Positions 34,107 through 45,129 of a stretch of 64,000 bases of DNA are shown here, one piece after another. Source of the stretch: Gammaproteobacteria bacterium (GTDB lineage Bacteria > Pseudomonadota > Gammaproteobacteria > Eutrophobiales > Eutrophobiaceae); assembly GCA_965238225.1 (NCBI GenBank), contig OZ250183.1, positions 1,632,001-1,696,000 of the forward strand, written 5' to 3'. The position numbers and the translations under genes are program-made. The notes under the pieces were generated by a model. That model was not told the origin of the DNA, made no database searches, and worked only from the letters and a program-made list of their open reading frames with translations. Within the stretch, counting starts at the first letter, position 1. The number at the start of each line of letters is the position of its first letter.

Positions 34107-35132
34107 ATGCATGCTGATTGGCAAAATTTCCTAAAGAACGAAGGTGCAACCTTTAAGAATGAAAAATTACTTGCGTACACAAATGAATATAAGTCTGGAC
34201 AATCAATCGATAATATAATCACCGATCTTTCTCATTTGGCTCTTATTGAAGTTTCTGGTGATGATGTAATAGATTTTCTTAATAAACAATTTACAACAAA
34301 TATAAAAAAATTGGCTAAACATCAACTGCAATTTTGCGCATGGTGTAATCCAAAAGGTCAGGTAAAAATAACATTTTTTATCTATCGACATGAAACAGGC
34401 TGCAATATACTGCTGCCCGCTGAATTGCAAAAATTATTCATAGAACAAATAAAAATGTACATCATGCGGGAAAATGTGAAACTCATTGACAAGAGTAATG
34501 AGCTGGTCAGAGTCGGCATACAAACAAATGATAATAGGATTCTAGCTAAGTTCATTGAACCCTTACCCAAGCAAGAAGGTGACATTACAATTCAAAATAA
34601 CCTTCATTGCTTGCGTGTATTCGGATCTCGGAATAATTCACAGCGTTATATTTTTATTGGTTCAGTCGAAAGACTGACAAATCTATGGAAGGAACTTTTG
34701 AGGCATGTCACCCCTGTCGAAACATCTATTTGGAAATTACTGGATATACAAGCTGCCTACCCATGGATAGGCACTCAGACTGCACAAAAATTTTTGCCAC
34801 AAATATTAAATCTAGACTTAATTAATGGACTAGATTATCAAAAGGGATGTTATCCGGGTCAGGAAATTATTGCGCGGGCGCATTTTCGAGGGCAACTTAA
34901 ACGTTGCCTGTATCTGGCAACATGTACAACTGATACTTGCCCAGAAAATAATGATTCAATTATTTCTTCTGAAGGCAACAATGTTGGCACCATTATTAAT
35001 ACACAAGTATTTTCAGGTAAACATTACCTACTCGCCGTGATTGAAAAAAAGTTAATAGGAAATATTTTATCTATTCACGATCCTGGCGGACCAAAGATAA
35101 GCGTAGAGACATTACCCTATAACAAACAATGA
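34107..35132 (+). CDS. ygfZ: Folate-binding Fe-S repair protein YgfZ
   Basis: KGCYPGQE signature and GcvT-like N-terminus. Confidence 0.92.
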   Translation: MHADWQNFLKNEGATFKNEKLLAYTNEYKSGQSIDNIITDLSHLALIEVSGDDVIDFLNKQFTTNIKKLAKHQLQFCAWCNPKGQVKITFFIYRHETGCNILLPAELQKLFIEQIKMYIMRENVKLIDKSNELVRVGIQTNDNRILAKFIEPLPKQEGDITIQNNLHCLRVFGSRNNSQRYIFIGSVERLTNLWKELLRHVTPVETSIWKLLDIQAAYPWIGTQTAQKFLPQILNLDLINGLDYQKGCYPGQEIIARAHFRGQLKRCLYLATCTTDTCPENNDSIISSEGNNVGTIINTQVFSGKHYLLAVIEKKLIGNILSIHDPGGPKISVETLPYNKQ

Positions 35133-35280
35133 TTACGCACAGCCAGTTTAAATCCGCTAGGTGGCAACGTATTATTAAAGTATTTAGGTGAATACAAAGA
35201 TGATTCACAACTAAAAGCAGCGGTCGCGATTTCTGTGTCTTATCTATTAGGAAATAGTGCCGCGAAATTGGAAAACGGGA
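35129..35280 (+). pseudogene. Collapsed remnant of a YheT-like alpha/beta hydrolase
   Basis: ATG overlapping the ygfZ stop gives MITHSQFKSA. Another frame reads LGGNVLLKYLGEYKDDSQLKAAVAISVSYLLGNSAAKLENG, resembling the YheT nucleophile-elbow region. Confidence 0.65.
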
Positions 35281-35291
35281 ATAAAATTTAT

Positions 35292-35783
35292 ATGTTTTCA
35301 CCCAGAATAATCTACTCAATCATCTTTGCCATCTGCGCATCACTTCTGGGGTTCGGCCTTTATCTGGAACATGCTGTAGGTTTGGAACCTTGCCCGCTAT
35401 GCGTCTTCCAACGTGTTGCCTATATTGTCATCGGCCTGATTGCATTAATTGCTGCCATCCATAACCCAAAGAAACTGTTTGAAAGAATCTATAACTTCTT
35501 AATATTCATGGCTTCATTTTGCGGCGCAGGCATCGCCGGACGTCAGATCTGGTTGCAACATCTTCCCGCAAACAAGATACCTGAATGCGGTCTCGGACTG
35601 GAATATATGCTCAATTTTTTTCCTTTCATCGATGCGATCAAGATGATACTCAGTGGTTCTGGTGAATGTGCAAAAGTACAATGGACGTTCTTAAACTTTA
35701 GTATTGCTGAATGGAGCATTCTTTTTTTTATAGGTCTTATGATCGTATGCTTGACAATGTTTCTGAAAAAATTAACATCATAA
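35292..35783 (+). CDS. dsbB: Disulfide bond formation protein B
   Basis: LEPCPLCVFQR, PECG...GSGEC, four TM spans. Start placed at ATG 35292. Confidence 0.93.
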   Translation: MFSPRIIYSIIFAICASLLGFGLYLEHAVGLEPCPLCVFQRVAYIVIGLIALIAAIHNPKKLFERIYNFLIFMASFCGAGIAGRQIWLQHLPANKIPECGLGLEYMLNFFPFIDAIKMILSGSGECAKVQWTFLNFSIAEWSILFFIGLMIVCLTMFLKKLTS

Positions 35784-35834
35784 AATTTCCTTGATTGTAC
35801 TCCTGTAACTTTATTTTGTTGGTGATCTTGATCA

Positions 35835-37208
35835 TTAGAAAGGCATGCCGTCTGGAGGCATCCCGCCGCCGCCCATACCACCTAGACCTCGCATCATTTT
35901 CTTCACACCACCTTTTCCTGAGAGTTTTTTCATCATCTTTTGCATTTGCTTGAATTGTTTTAGCAATCGATTCACGTCCTGAATCTGTGTCCCTGACCCC
36001 GCAGCTATTCTCCTTTTACGTGAACCATTTATTACCGCAGGCATTCTCCGTTCATGAGGCGTCATTGAATGAATAATTGATTCCAGCTTGATGAATTGCT
36101 GATCGCCTGCTTGAGTATTTATATTTGCAGGCAAGCCACCTATGCCCGGTAATTTATCCATCATGTTAGCCATACCACCCATGTTTCGCATCTGTTGTAA
36201 TTGATCACGAAAATCCTCAAGACTAAACCCTTTGCCCTTTTGAATTTTCTTTGCAAGTTTCTCTGCTTTCTTTTGATCTGTTTTTCCCTGAACTTCTTCA
36301 ATAAGACTCAGTACGTCGCCCATACCGAGGATGCGTGAAGTCATACGTTCTGGGTGGAAAGCTGTGAATTCAGAAGTCTTTTCACCTGTGCCCATAAACT
36401 TAATGGGCTTACCTGTGACATTACGTACAGATAATGCTGCACCGCCTCTGGCATCACCATCTGTCTTGGTTAAAACAACACCCGTCAACGACAAGGCTTC
36501 ATCAAACACCTTAGCTGCATTGACAGCATCTTGACCCATCATACTATCGACAACAAATAATACATCTGAAGGTGCTAAAACAGACTGCAACTGTCTAATC
36601 TCCCTCATCATCTCATCATCAATATGCAAACGCCCCGCAGTATCAACAATCAAACCATCAAAATTTTGTTTACGTGCATAATCTAGGGCTTGTTTGGCAA
36701 TCTCAACCGGGTTTTTATTCTGTGTCAGATAAAAATCAACGTTAATCTCGTTTGCCAAAATTTTTAGCTGCTCGGCAGCCGCAGGACGATAAACATCGCA
36801 ACTAGCTACCAATATTTTCTTTTTCTCTTTTTCAGTTAGCAGTCTTGCCAGCTTAGCAACGGCGGTTGTTTTACCTGCGCCTTGTAAACCTGCCATCATA
36901 ATGACGGCTGGTGGCAGGACTTCAAAATTGAGAGCAGTATTGACTTCACCTAACAGTGAAATAAGTTCTGCTTCAACAATTTTCACAACCGCTTGTCCTG
37001 GTGTCAGGCTGGTCATAACCTCCTGACCCAAGGCACGCTCACGTACGTGTTCGATAAAGTCACGAACAACAGGTAAGGCGACATCGGCCTCAAGTAATGC
37101 CATGCGCACTTCACGCATAGCCGTGGCTATATTAGCTTCAGTCAGACGACCTTGACCTTTAAGGTTTTTTATCGTCTTGACAAGATGTTCAGAAAGTGTG
37201 TCAAACAT
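35835..37208 (-). CDS. ffh: Signal recognition particle protein
   Basis: GLQGAGKTT, DTAGR, TKTDGDARGG, Met-rich M domain. Confidence 0.98.
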   Translation of the reverse strand: MFDTLSEHLVKTIKNLKGQGRLTEANIATAMREVRMALLEADVALPVVRDFIEHVRERALGQEVMTSLTPGQAVVKIVEAELISLLGEVNTALNFEVLPPAVIMMAGLQGAGKTTAVAKLARLLTEKEKKKILVASCDVYRPAAAEQLKILANEINVDFYLTQNKNPVEIAKQALDYARKQNFDGLIVDTAGRLHIDDEMMREIRQLQSVLAPSDVLFVVDSMMGQDAVNAAKVFDEALSLTGVVLTKTDGDARGGAALSVRNVTGKPIKFMGTGEKTSEFTAFHPERMTSRILGMGDVLSLIEEVQGKTDQKKAEKLAKKIQKGKGFSLEDFRDQLQQMRNMGGMANMMDKLPGIGGLPANINTQAGDQQFIKLESIIHSMTPHERRMPAVINGSRKRRIAAGSGTQIQDVNRLLKQFKQMQKMMKKLSGKGGVKKMMRGLGGMGGGGMPPDGMPF

Positions 37209-37398
37209 AATTTAGCTGGTTTCTCGTAAATATTGCCTAATGCATCTTATAGTCTTTCTTCGATACTTCAGAGATATGTGGATTTTAACAGGAATAAGGC
37301 TGGTTCTCATCTTCTGCACAACATCATTTATTGTGCTTCAATGACACCTGCAAATATGCAATCATGGTTCAATTATTTAATCTGAACTTGATAATTTT

Positions 37399-38211
37399 AT
37401 GAATACAGCATTCGGAATCATTGCATTTATTCTCTACTTTATGGCGGCAGGCAGATTAGGAATGCTGATATATGCCAGCGAGAGTACATCACTAAAACAG
37501 GCTAAAATTCAGGTATTTATTATCGGAGCCATCGCAATCATTCTAAATGGGATTTTACTCAACAATGTTATTTTTGTGAGTGATGGTCTAAATTTAGGTT
37601 TTTCTAACGCTTGGGCGCTTATTAGCTGGATCATTGCCATGGTGATTTTGCTGGTCGCAGTCTGCAAACCTGTAGAAAATTTACTGCTTATCTTTTTCCC
37701 ATTAGCAGCGCTCGGACTCTTGCTCGTACTACTCATCCCAAGTCACCATATTTTAGCCAACTCAGCAGCCATAGGGTTAAAAATACATGTACTTCTGTCG
37801 ATCATTGCCTACAGTTTACTTACGGTTGCTGCGTTCCAAGCGGCTCTATTGGCATTTCAGGAATATCAACTAACGCACAAGCATCCCACGACGATTATAA
37901 ACATTCTTCCACCTATGCAGGTCATGGAAGACTTATTGATTTACATCATTGCTGTTGGTTTTCTTGTATTGAGCTTAAGTCTGGCAACAGGTTTCATGTT
38001 TATACATGATATTTTTGCTCAACATCTTATTCATAAAACAGTCTTATCACTTCTATCATGGTTGGTCTTTGCCGCACTTCTTTTGGGGCGCAGGACAATG
38101 GGCTGGCGGGGGCAAAAACTAATACGCTGGACGCTGGCCGGTTTTTGTATGCTAATGTTGGCATTTTTCGGCTCTAAACTGGTTTTGGAAATGATTTTAG
38201 GTCGAACCTAA
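37399..38211 (+). CDS. ypjD: YpjD / cytochrome c assembly (CcsA-like) inner-membrane protein
   Basis: Polytopic, HKTVLS...GWRG...FGSK. Divergent from ffh, as is usual. Confidence 0.85.
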   Translation: MNTAFGIIAFILYFMAAGRLGMLIYASESTSLKQAKIQVFIIGAIAIILNGILLNNVIFVSDGLNLGFSNAWALISWIIAMVILLVAVCKPVENLLLIFFPLAALGLLLVLLIPSHHILANSAAIGLKIHVLLSIIAYSLLTVAAFQAALLAFQEYQLTHKHPTTIINILPPMQVMEDLLIYIIAVGFLVLSLSLATGFMFIHDIFAQHLIHKTVLSLLSWLVFAALLLGRRTMGWRGQKLIRWTLAGFCMLMLAFFGSKLVLEMILGRT

Positions 38212-38295
38212 ATAACTTAATTTGTCTATCTTTTTCTTGACACACTCAGACGCTGCGCCACAATAGACCTTTCTTAATTTGAGGTCACCCATTTT

Positions 38296-39585
38296 TTGGA
38301 TACCATCCCCCTGCCAGTACTTTTCATCATTCTGCTTATATTGATTGCTCTTTCTGCCTTTTTCTCTAGTTCCGAGACTGGCATGATGGCTCTAAATAAA
38401 TACCGACTGCGTCATCTGGTTAGAGATAAACACCGTGCGGCCATACTGGTCAGCAAACTTCTTGAGAAACCCGACCGCCTGATTGGTGTCATTCTGTTTG
38501 GCAACAATGTGGTTAATTTCATGGCTGCCAGTATCGCTACAGTTATTGGACTTCGCTTATTAGGAGATTATGGTGCCGTGGCTTCTCCTTTAATTATTGC
38601 AGTTATTTTTATTATATTTGCCGAAACTGCACCAAAGACCTATGCAGTTATTCGACCGGAAAAAATTTCTTTTCCTTCAGCCTATATATTAACGCCGTTA
38701 CTCAAAATCTGTTATCCCATTGTTTATATTATCAATAAGATTAGCAATGCCCTGTTAATACCATTAGGAATTAATACTGACAATATTGAAAATAAACCTT
38801 TAAGCCAAGATGAACTCAGGTCAATCGTACATGAAGCCGGTGCTGCTATATCAAGTAACCACCAAGATATGTTACTTGGCATATTAGAGTTGGAAAAAGT
38901 AACTGTCGATGACATCATGATACCAAAAAACGAACTCGTCGGAATTGATCTTGACAATTCCATTGCGGACATACTTGAACAGCTGACACACTGCCAACAT
39001 ACCCGCCTGATAGGCTATCGTAAAAATATAGATAATGTCATAGGCATGCTACATGCTAGGCGTGTGCTAAGAATACTAAGCAGAAAGAAAGAACTTGATA
39101 TTGATGATTTGGAAAAGCTTGCCACCGAACCTTACTACTTGCCTGCAAACACCTCTTTGCATAAACAAATGCTTAATTTTCAGAAACAAAAACGGCGCAC
39201 AGGCTTTGTTGTGAATGAATACGGAATTCTACAAGGGATGGTGACACTGGATGATATCCTTGAAGAAATTATTGGTGAATTTACTACCGATTTACAGATT
39301 TTTAGCCAGGACATCCAACCTCAGGAAGATGGATCTTTCTTTATTGATGGAAGCATCACCATTCGAGACATTAACAAACGGCTTGATTGGGAGTTACCTG
39401 CTGAAGGACCAAAGACAATTAATGGTGTCATCCTCGAACATCTTGAAGATATACCAGAAACAGGCACAAGTCTGCGTATCAATGATTATGTTTTTGAAAT
39501 TATACAGGTAGTAGACAACGCAGTTAAGAAAGTAAAGATTTTTCCATCGCTGGATAGTTCTAAAACATCTGAACATCAATCCTGA
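38296..39585 (+). CDS. corB: HlyC/CorC (CNNM, CorB/YfjD) family transporter
   Basis: SAFFSSSETG, GNNVVN, CBS pair, GMVTLDDILEEIIGE, CorC C-terminal domain. Confidence 0.88.
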   Translation: MDTIPLPVLFIILLILIALSAFFSSSETGMMALNKYRLRHLVRDKHRAAILVSKLLEKPDRLIGVILFGNNVVNFMAASIATVIGLRLLGDYGAVASPLIIAVIFIIFAETAPKTYAVIRPEKISFPSAYILTPLLKICYPIVYIINKISNALLIPLGINTDNIENKPLSQDELRSIVHEAGAAISSNHQDMLLGILELEKVTVDDIMIPKNELVGIDLDNSIADILEQLTHCQHTRLIGYRKNIDNVIGMLHARRVLRILSRKKELDIDDLEKLATEPYYLPANTSLHKQMLNFQKQKRRTGFVVNEYGILQGMVTLDDILEEIIGEFTTDLQIFSQDIQPQEDGSFFIDGSITIRDINKRLDWELPAEGPKTINGVILEHLEDIPETGTSLRINDYVFEIIQVVDNAVKKVKIFPSLDSSKTSEHQS

Positions 39586-39627
39586 TATTTACAGAAACTA
39601 ATCAAAAAAATATTCTGGAAAATATTA

Positions 39628-40369
39628 CTATTTTACACATTGGAACAACATAGAAAGTGAGGATGACTTCCTAGTGAATGTCTTTATTAGTTTGAATCCA
39701 TAGCTGCCAAACAACTGGGTATATTCAACTGGTTAAACCACTGGATATGCTCTGGTGGACAAATTTCTTACCATGGAGATAGATCATCTGAAATTTTCTT
39801 GTGCCCTGAATCTGGTGTACTCAGGCAAACAATCGTCCCTACTTTAGAAATTGAAACAATCATGTCTATAAAACCACGTGTGCCGGGATATGTTTCAATA
39901 ACTCTTCAGTAAAGATAGAACCGAAAATAAGATCGCTTCTCGCCATAGAGTTAAAACTTGTACAATGAAATGTATAATCAGGAAATTTATTTCTGGCATA
40001 GGCTGTGGAATTTTTACTAATATCCAGTCCATACGCTTATGCGCCAAATAATCAAAATGAATTCGTTATAAAGCCACCGCCAGAACCAACATCAAGCGTT
40101 CTTTTATTGCGCATATACTTCCAAAACCGTAATGATTTTAAAAATGCACGACGTTTTCTGGATCTTGCTTTGGGATAAAAATTAATATCTGCACCGCGAT
40201 AATTCTTACTGTAGTAAGCAGCAATATCTTGAGCAGATGGATAAGGGTTTAAAAATAGAAAATCACAAACAAAGCATATATGAATCTTCTATGAATCTTT
40301 CTCAAATTCCAAACCTGTCTGCATCACGCATATGTCGCATCTGCGTCCAATACTTTCTGCAACACTCAT
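39628..40369 (-). pseudogene. Class I SAM-dependent methyltransferase pseudogene with N-terminal CxxC motifs
   Basis: Manual translation: MSVAESIGRRCDIC...KDS*KIHICFVCDFLFLNPYPS...LDVGSGGGFITNSF*LFGA*AYGLDIS...STPD...PPEHIQWF. Several in-frame stops plus frameshifts. Confidence 0.8.
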
Positions 40370-40416
40370 AAATTTCTAATAAACTCATGTTGGCTCATTC
40401 CTTTTACCAGACAAAA

Positions 40417-41766
40417 TTACATGCGCTCGCCAATACACGTTCTGACTTCATGCGCCAAGCTTTCAGCGATAGCATTGACCTGAGTTTCAATTTCTCCTTC
40501 AACCATCACCCTAATCAGAGGCTCTGTACCCGAAGACCTTAACAAGATTCGCCCCTTATCTCCCAGCTCAGATTCGGCGGTTCTCATGGCATCCTGTACA
40601 TTTGTCATCCTTGACAAATCAACCTCTTTGTTAATTCCGACATTTATCATTGTTTGTGGATATTTTTCCATACCGGCTTTAAGTTTGGATAGTGTTTCTC
40701 CTGAGACAACCATTTCATCCAGTACTTGCAATGCCGAGATGATCCCATCACCAGTTGTTGTCATATCTAGATTGATAATATGACCTGAGGATTCTCCGCC
40801 TAATTTCAAATTACTCTTATTCAACGTCTCCAGTACATAGCGGTCTCCGACCTGTGTGCGTAGGAAATTCATGCCCAGTTTTTTGATTGCTATCTCAAGC
40901 CCGAGATTGCTCATAACCGTTCCCACAACACCACCACCTAGTGTCTTCTGCCTGCCCTGACTTATAACAAAAAGAATTTCATCTCCATCAACTACTTCAC
41001 CTTTATGGTCAACCATGATTAAACGGTCGCCGTCGCCGTCCAACGCAATTCCAATATCAGCTTCACGCTCAAACACTTTTTCCCGTAATAACTCAGTACT
41101 TGTCGCACCGTGAGCAACATTAATATTGAATCCGTTGGGCTTATTGCCAATCGTGATGACATCAGCGCCGAGCTCTTCGAATACATGAGGTGCAATGTGA
41201 TAGGTTGCACCATGGGCACAATCAACAACCAATCGAATACCTTTAAGATCAAGATTATTCCTCACTCTAAATTTACAGAATTCTATGTATCGCCTCGCTG
41301 CATCCACGATCCGCTTGGCTTTTCCCAGTTTCTTTGGTTTAGTCACCTTGATTGGTTTTTCAAGTTCTTGCTCTATAGCAATTTCAATATCGTCAGGTAA
41401 TTTGGTTCCTTCGGCTGAAAAAAATTTAATGCCATTGTCGTGAAATAGGTTGTGAGATGCGCTTATCACAATACCTGCCTGCGCCCTCGCATTACGTGTT
41501 AGATAAGCAATGCCTGGTGTTGGCATTGGGCCAAGTAAACAAATATTAGCGCCTGCTGCTGACAAACCTGCCTCAAGTGCGGATTCAAACATATACCCTG
41601 AAATGCGTGTGTCCTTGCCGATAAGCACCGACCCAGTGCCATCCTTAGCCAACACCCTGCCCGCAGCCCAGCCTAATTTCATGATAAAATCAGGGGTAAT
41701 GGGTGCTTCTCCTACCTTGCCACGAATACCGTCCGTACCAAAGTATTTTCGTCTATTTACACTAAT
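40417..41766 (-). CDS. glmM: Phosphoglucosamine mutase
   Basis: [29 protein letters not shown]. The conserved N-terminus [11 protein letters not shown] is in frame upstream of the track's start, with a probable ATT start at 41766. Confidence 0.95.
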   Translation of the reverse strand: MSVNRRKYFGTDGIRGKVGEAPITPDFIMKLGWAAGRVLAKDGTGSVLIGKDTRISGYMFESALEAGLSAAGANICLLGPMPTPGIAYLTRNARAQAGIVISASHNLFHDNGIKFFSAEGTKLPDDIEIAIEQELEKPIKVTKPKKLGKAKRIVDAARRYIEFCKFRVRNNLDLKGIRLVVDCAHGATYHIAPHVFEELGADVITIGNKPNGFNINVAHGATSTELLREKVFEREADIGIALDGDGDRLIMVDHKGEVVDGDEILFVISQGRQKTLGGGVVGTVMSNLGLEIAIKKLGMNFLRTQVGDRYVLETLNKSNLKLGGESSGHIINLDMTTTGDGIISALQVLDEMVVSGETLSKLKAGMEKYPQTMINVGINKEVDLSRMTNVQDAMRTAESELGDKGRILLRSSGTEPLIRVMVEGEIETQVNAIAESLAHEVRTCIGERM

Positions 41767-41885
41767 GAAACTGCTCCTAATCTTTGTAAAAACGTATCGT
41801 TAAACATTTCAATGTCAAAGTGAAGTATTTTGAATAAGCTACACGCTTCACGCTTAAATATTTTATTAATAATATTTCACTAAAA

Positions 41886-43796
41886 TTATGCAGGCTTTGC
41901 TGGCGGCTTACTATCCGGAACATCATCTTTTTTTATGGTGTCCGTCTTTTTCGCATCCGATCCGCCATTATCACAATCATTCCAGCCTTCAGGATATCTT
42001 GGCTTCTTGCCTGCCATGATGTCATCAATCTGACAAGCATCGATAATCTCATACTTTATCAAAGTATCAGCCATTATATGTAACTTATCGATATTTTCCT
42101 TTAGAAGTTTTTCCGCTCTTGCATAGTTTCTGTCTATTAATGCTCGGATTTCTTCGTCAATTAAATGAGCTGTCTCATCTGAGACCTCCTTATGTTTTGT
42201 CACAGAACGACCTAAGAATATCTCGCCGTCATCTTCGCTGTAAGTTAATGGCCCAAGCCTCTCTGATAAACCCCACTTGGTGACCATGTTTCTCGCGATC
42301 TGTGTTGCTCTTTCAATATCATTACTAGCACCTGTCGTCACATGCTCCTTGCCTAATATAAGTTCTTCGGCAATACGACCACCGAACAAGGAAGAAATCA
42401 TACTTTCAAGCTGTTCTTTATTCTGACTGTAATTATCTTTCTCAGGCAAAAACATTGTCACACCCAATGTCTTGCCCCTGGGGATAATCGTTACCTTATA
42501 AACAGGATCATGCGAAGGCACCAAACGACCGACGATAGCATGTCCCGCTTCGTGGTATGCCGTGTTTCTTTTATCTTCTTCGCTCATGACCATAGAACGC
42601 CGCTCTGCGCCCATCATTATTTTATCTTTGGCCTTTTCCATATCTTCCATTTCAATCAATTTTTTATTAGCCCCTGCTGCAAACAGAGCAGCTTCGTTGA
42701 CGAGGTTGGCAAGATCAGCACCAGAAAAACCTGGTGTGCCACGGGCAATAATGCTTGGTTGTACATCATCATTGATTATAACCTTACGAATATGTACTTT
42801 CAGAATCTGCTCGCGACCACGAATATCCGGCAATGTCACAACCACCTGCCGATCGAAACGACCAGGTCTTAGCAAGGCAGGATCAAGCACGTCAGGCCTA
42901 TTGGTTGCCGCAATAACAATCACGCCTTCATTACCTTCAAAGCCATCCATTTCAACAAGTAACTGATTTAAAGTCTGCTCTCGTTCATCATGCCCACCGC
43001 CCAAGCCTGCGCCACGATGACGACCAACAGCATCAATTTCATCGATAAAAATAATGCAAGGAGCATGTTTTTTTGCCTGCTCAAACATGTCGCGAACGCG
43101 AGAAGCGCCGACGCCTACAAACATCTCAACAAAATCTGAACCAGAGATGGTAAAGAATGGTACATCTGCTTCGCCTGCAATCGCCTTAGCTAATAAAGTT
43201 TTTCCTGTTCCCGGAGCGCCCACCATCAGCACACCAGATGGGATCTGACCGCCAAGCTTGTGAAATTTTCTAGGATCACGTAAGAATTCAACCAATTCAC
43301 TAAGCTCTTCTTTGGCCTCTTCGACACCAGCGACATCGTTAAAAGTAACTCTGTTTTGATCTCCCCCAAGCAAGCGAGCACGACTTTTCCCAAATGAGAA
43401 TATGCCACTACGACCACCGCCTTGCATCTGACGCATAAAATAAAACCAGATGCCAAATATAAATATGAAAGGTAGCCATGTAATAAATGCATGCGCCCAT
43501 AAAGAATTTTCCGGTGCTGGGCTCTGAATCTCAATATCATGTTCAACCAAGTCTCCGATCAGGGCAACATTGCTCGTCTCAGGACTGTACGTCACAAAGG
43601 GCGTACCATCCATACGGCTGCCACTAATAATTTTCCCTTCAATATTGACCTTTTTGATATTGCTATTTTTTACTTCACTAAGGAAAGTAGAATAGGTTAT
43701 TTCACTAACAACAGGTGCTGCAAAATTTTTGAAAATCATCATCAATACCAAAGTGATGATGACCATTATTAATAAAGTTCTTGCTGTTTCGTTCAA
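41886..43796 (-). CDS. ftsH: ATP-dependent zinc metalloprotease FtsH
   Basis: [26 protein letters not shown]. Confidence 0.98.
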   Translation of the reverse strand: MNETARTLLIMVIITLVLMMIFKNFAAPVVSEITYSTFLSEVKNSNIKKVNIEGKIISGSRMDGTPFVTYSPETSNVALIGDLVEHDIEIQSPAPENSLWAHAFITWLPFIFIFGIWFYFMRQMQGGGRSGIFSFGKSRARLLGGDQNRVTFNDVAGVEEAKEELSELVEFLRDPRKFHKLGGQIPSGVLMVGAPGTGKTLLAKAIAGEADVPFFTISGSDFVEMFVGVGASRVRDMFEQAKKHAPCIIFIDEIDAVGRHRGAGLGGGHDEREQTLNQLLVEMDGFEGNEGVIVIAATNRPDVLDPALLRPGRFDRQVVVTLPDIRGREQILKVHIRKVIINDDVQPSIIARGTPGFSGADLANLVNEAALFAAGANKKLIEMEDMEKAKDKIMMGAERRSMVMSEEDKRNTAYHEAGHAIVGRLVPSHDPVYKVTIIPRGKTLGVTMFLPEKDNYSQNKEQLESMISSLFGGRIAEELILGKEHVTTGASNDIERATQIARNMVTKWGLSERLGPLTYSEDDGEIFLGRSVTKHKEVSDETAHLIDEEIRALIDRNYARAEKLLKENIDKLHIMADTLIKYEIIDACQIDDIMAGKKPRYPEGWNDCDNGGSDAKKTDTIKKDDVPDSKPPAKPA

Positions 43797-43846
43797 AGTA
43801 AAACCTCTTTTATAATAAATGCCACTACATACATCCGTTTATCTAA

Positions 43847-44467
43847 CTATAACCGAAAGGCGCGTGCTAAAACATAAAATTCACGTGAATTATTGCGGGA
43901 AGCCTTCGGTTTTCGTATCAGGACTTTTCCAAAATATTCTTTCAAATCATTGAGATACATCTGTACACCTTCACCTTCGAAAACTTTCACTAACATATCA
44001 CCACCTTGCCTTAACACATCTTTTGCAAAATTGAGGCTCAATCCTGCCAAATACAGGCTGCGCGCCTCGTCCGTTGCCCTAATGCCAGATAAGTTGGGAG
44101 CCATATCCGAAATTACAATATCTGCCTTGATATTATCCATTATCTGCAAGCACTGCTTGTAGACTGATTGTTCAGTGAAATCACCTGCTATAAATAATAC
44201 GCCCTCAATAGGCTCTAGCGGTAAAATGTCGACAGCGATTAATCGACCCTTATTACCTATTTTTTCGTTGGCATACTGAGACCAACTCCCGGGTGCTGCG
44301 CCTAGATCAACAATAGTTTGGTTGCGTTCAAATAAATGATCTTTCTCATTTATTTCAATCAATTTATAGACAGCACGTGAACGATAATGCGACTGTTGCG
44401 CTTTTTTAACGTAGGGATCTTTTTGCTGACGATCCAACCACTTTCTACTGTGACGACTCTTAGCCAA
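43847..44467 (-). CDS. rlmE: 23S rRNA Um2552 methyltransferase
   Basis: YRSRAVYKL, DLGAAPGSW, SDMAPN, KPKASR...E. Confidence 0.96.
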   Translation of the reverse strand: MAKSRHSRKWLDRQQKDPYVKKAQQSHYRSRAVYKLIEINEKDHLFERNQTIVDLGAAPGSWSQYANEKIGNKGRLIAVDILPLEPIEGVLFIAGDFTEQSVYKQCLQIMDNIKADIVISDMAPNLSGIRATDEARSLYLAGLSLNFAKDVLRQGGDMLVKVFEGEGVQMYLNDLKEYFGKVLIRKPKASRNNSREFYVLARAFRL

Positions 44468-44616
44468 TTAAATATACCAAACATCTTAAAAGCTGGGCAG
44501 CTTAGCATAATCTTATGTGTTTAAACCAAATGCTAACTTAAAGAAACCAAGAAATTCTTGGAGCGGATTGCCAAAGTTGCAGCCATACGCGACGGCTTAC
44601 TATACAGTTTATTAAC

Positions 44617-45093
44617 TTACTCGTAACGAGCTTCCAAGATTTCGTATTTAATCACACCACTGGGGGCATCCACCTCTACGATGTCATCAACTTCCTTGCC
44701 AATTAAAGCGCGGGCAATCGGTGATGTCACTGAGATGAGTGATTTTTCAATATCTGCTTCAATCTCTCCGACAATTTGGTAAGTGACTTCATCATCATTT
44801 TCTATATTAGCCAAATTTACAGTCGCACCAAACACGACCTTACCATTTGCATTGAGTGTTGCGACATCAATAATCTGAGCATCAGCCAAAGCATTCTCGA
44901 TCATACCTATACGACCTTCAAGAAAACTTTGTTGTTCACGCGCAGCGTGATATTCAGCATTCTCGCTTAAGTCACCATGAGCCCGCGCTTCAGCTATCTC
45001 AGCAGAGATACGTGGTCGATCGATCGTTTTTAATTCTTTCAGTTGCTCACGCAATTTCTGCGCACCTCTTGTTGTGACTGGCACCTTACCCAT
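44617..45093 (-). CDS. greA: Transcription elongation factor GreA
   Basis: [29 protein letters not shown]. Confidence 0.97.
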   Translation of the reverse strand: MGKVPVTTRGAQKLREQLKELKTIDRPRISAEIAEARAHGDLSENAEYHAAREQQSFLEGRIGMIENALADAQIIDVATLNANGKVVFGATVNLANIENDDEVTYQIVGEIEADIEKSLISVTSPIARALIGKEVDDIVEVDAPSGVIKYEILEARYE

Positions 45094-45129
45094 ATCCACC
45101 TCTCAGCAAATTATTCATGACTAATCTCC

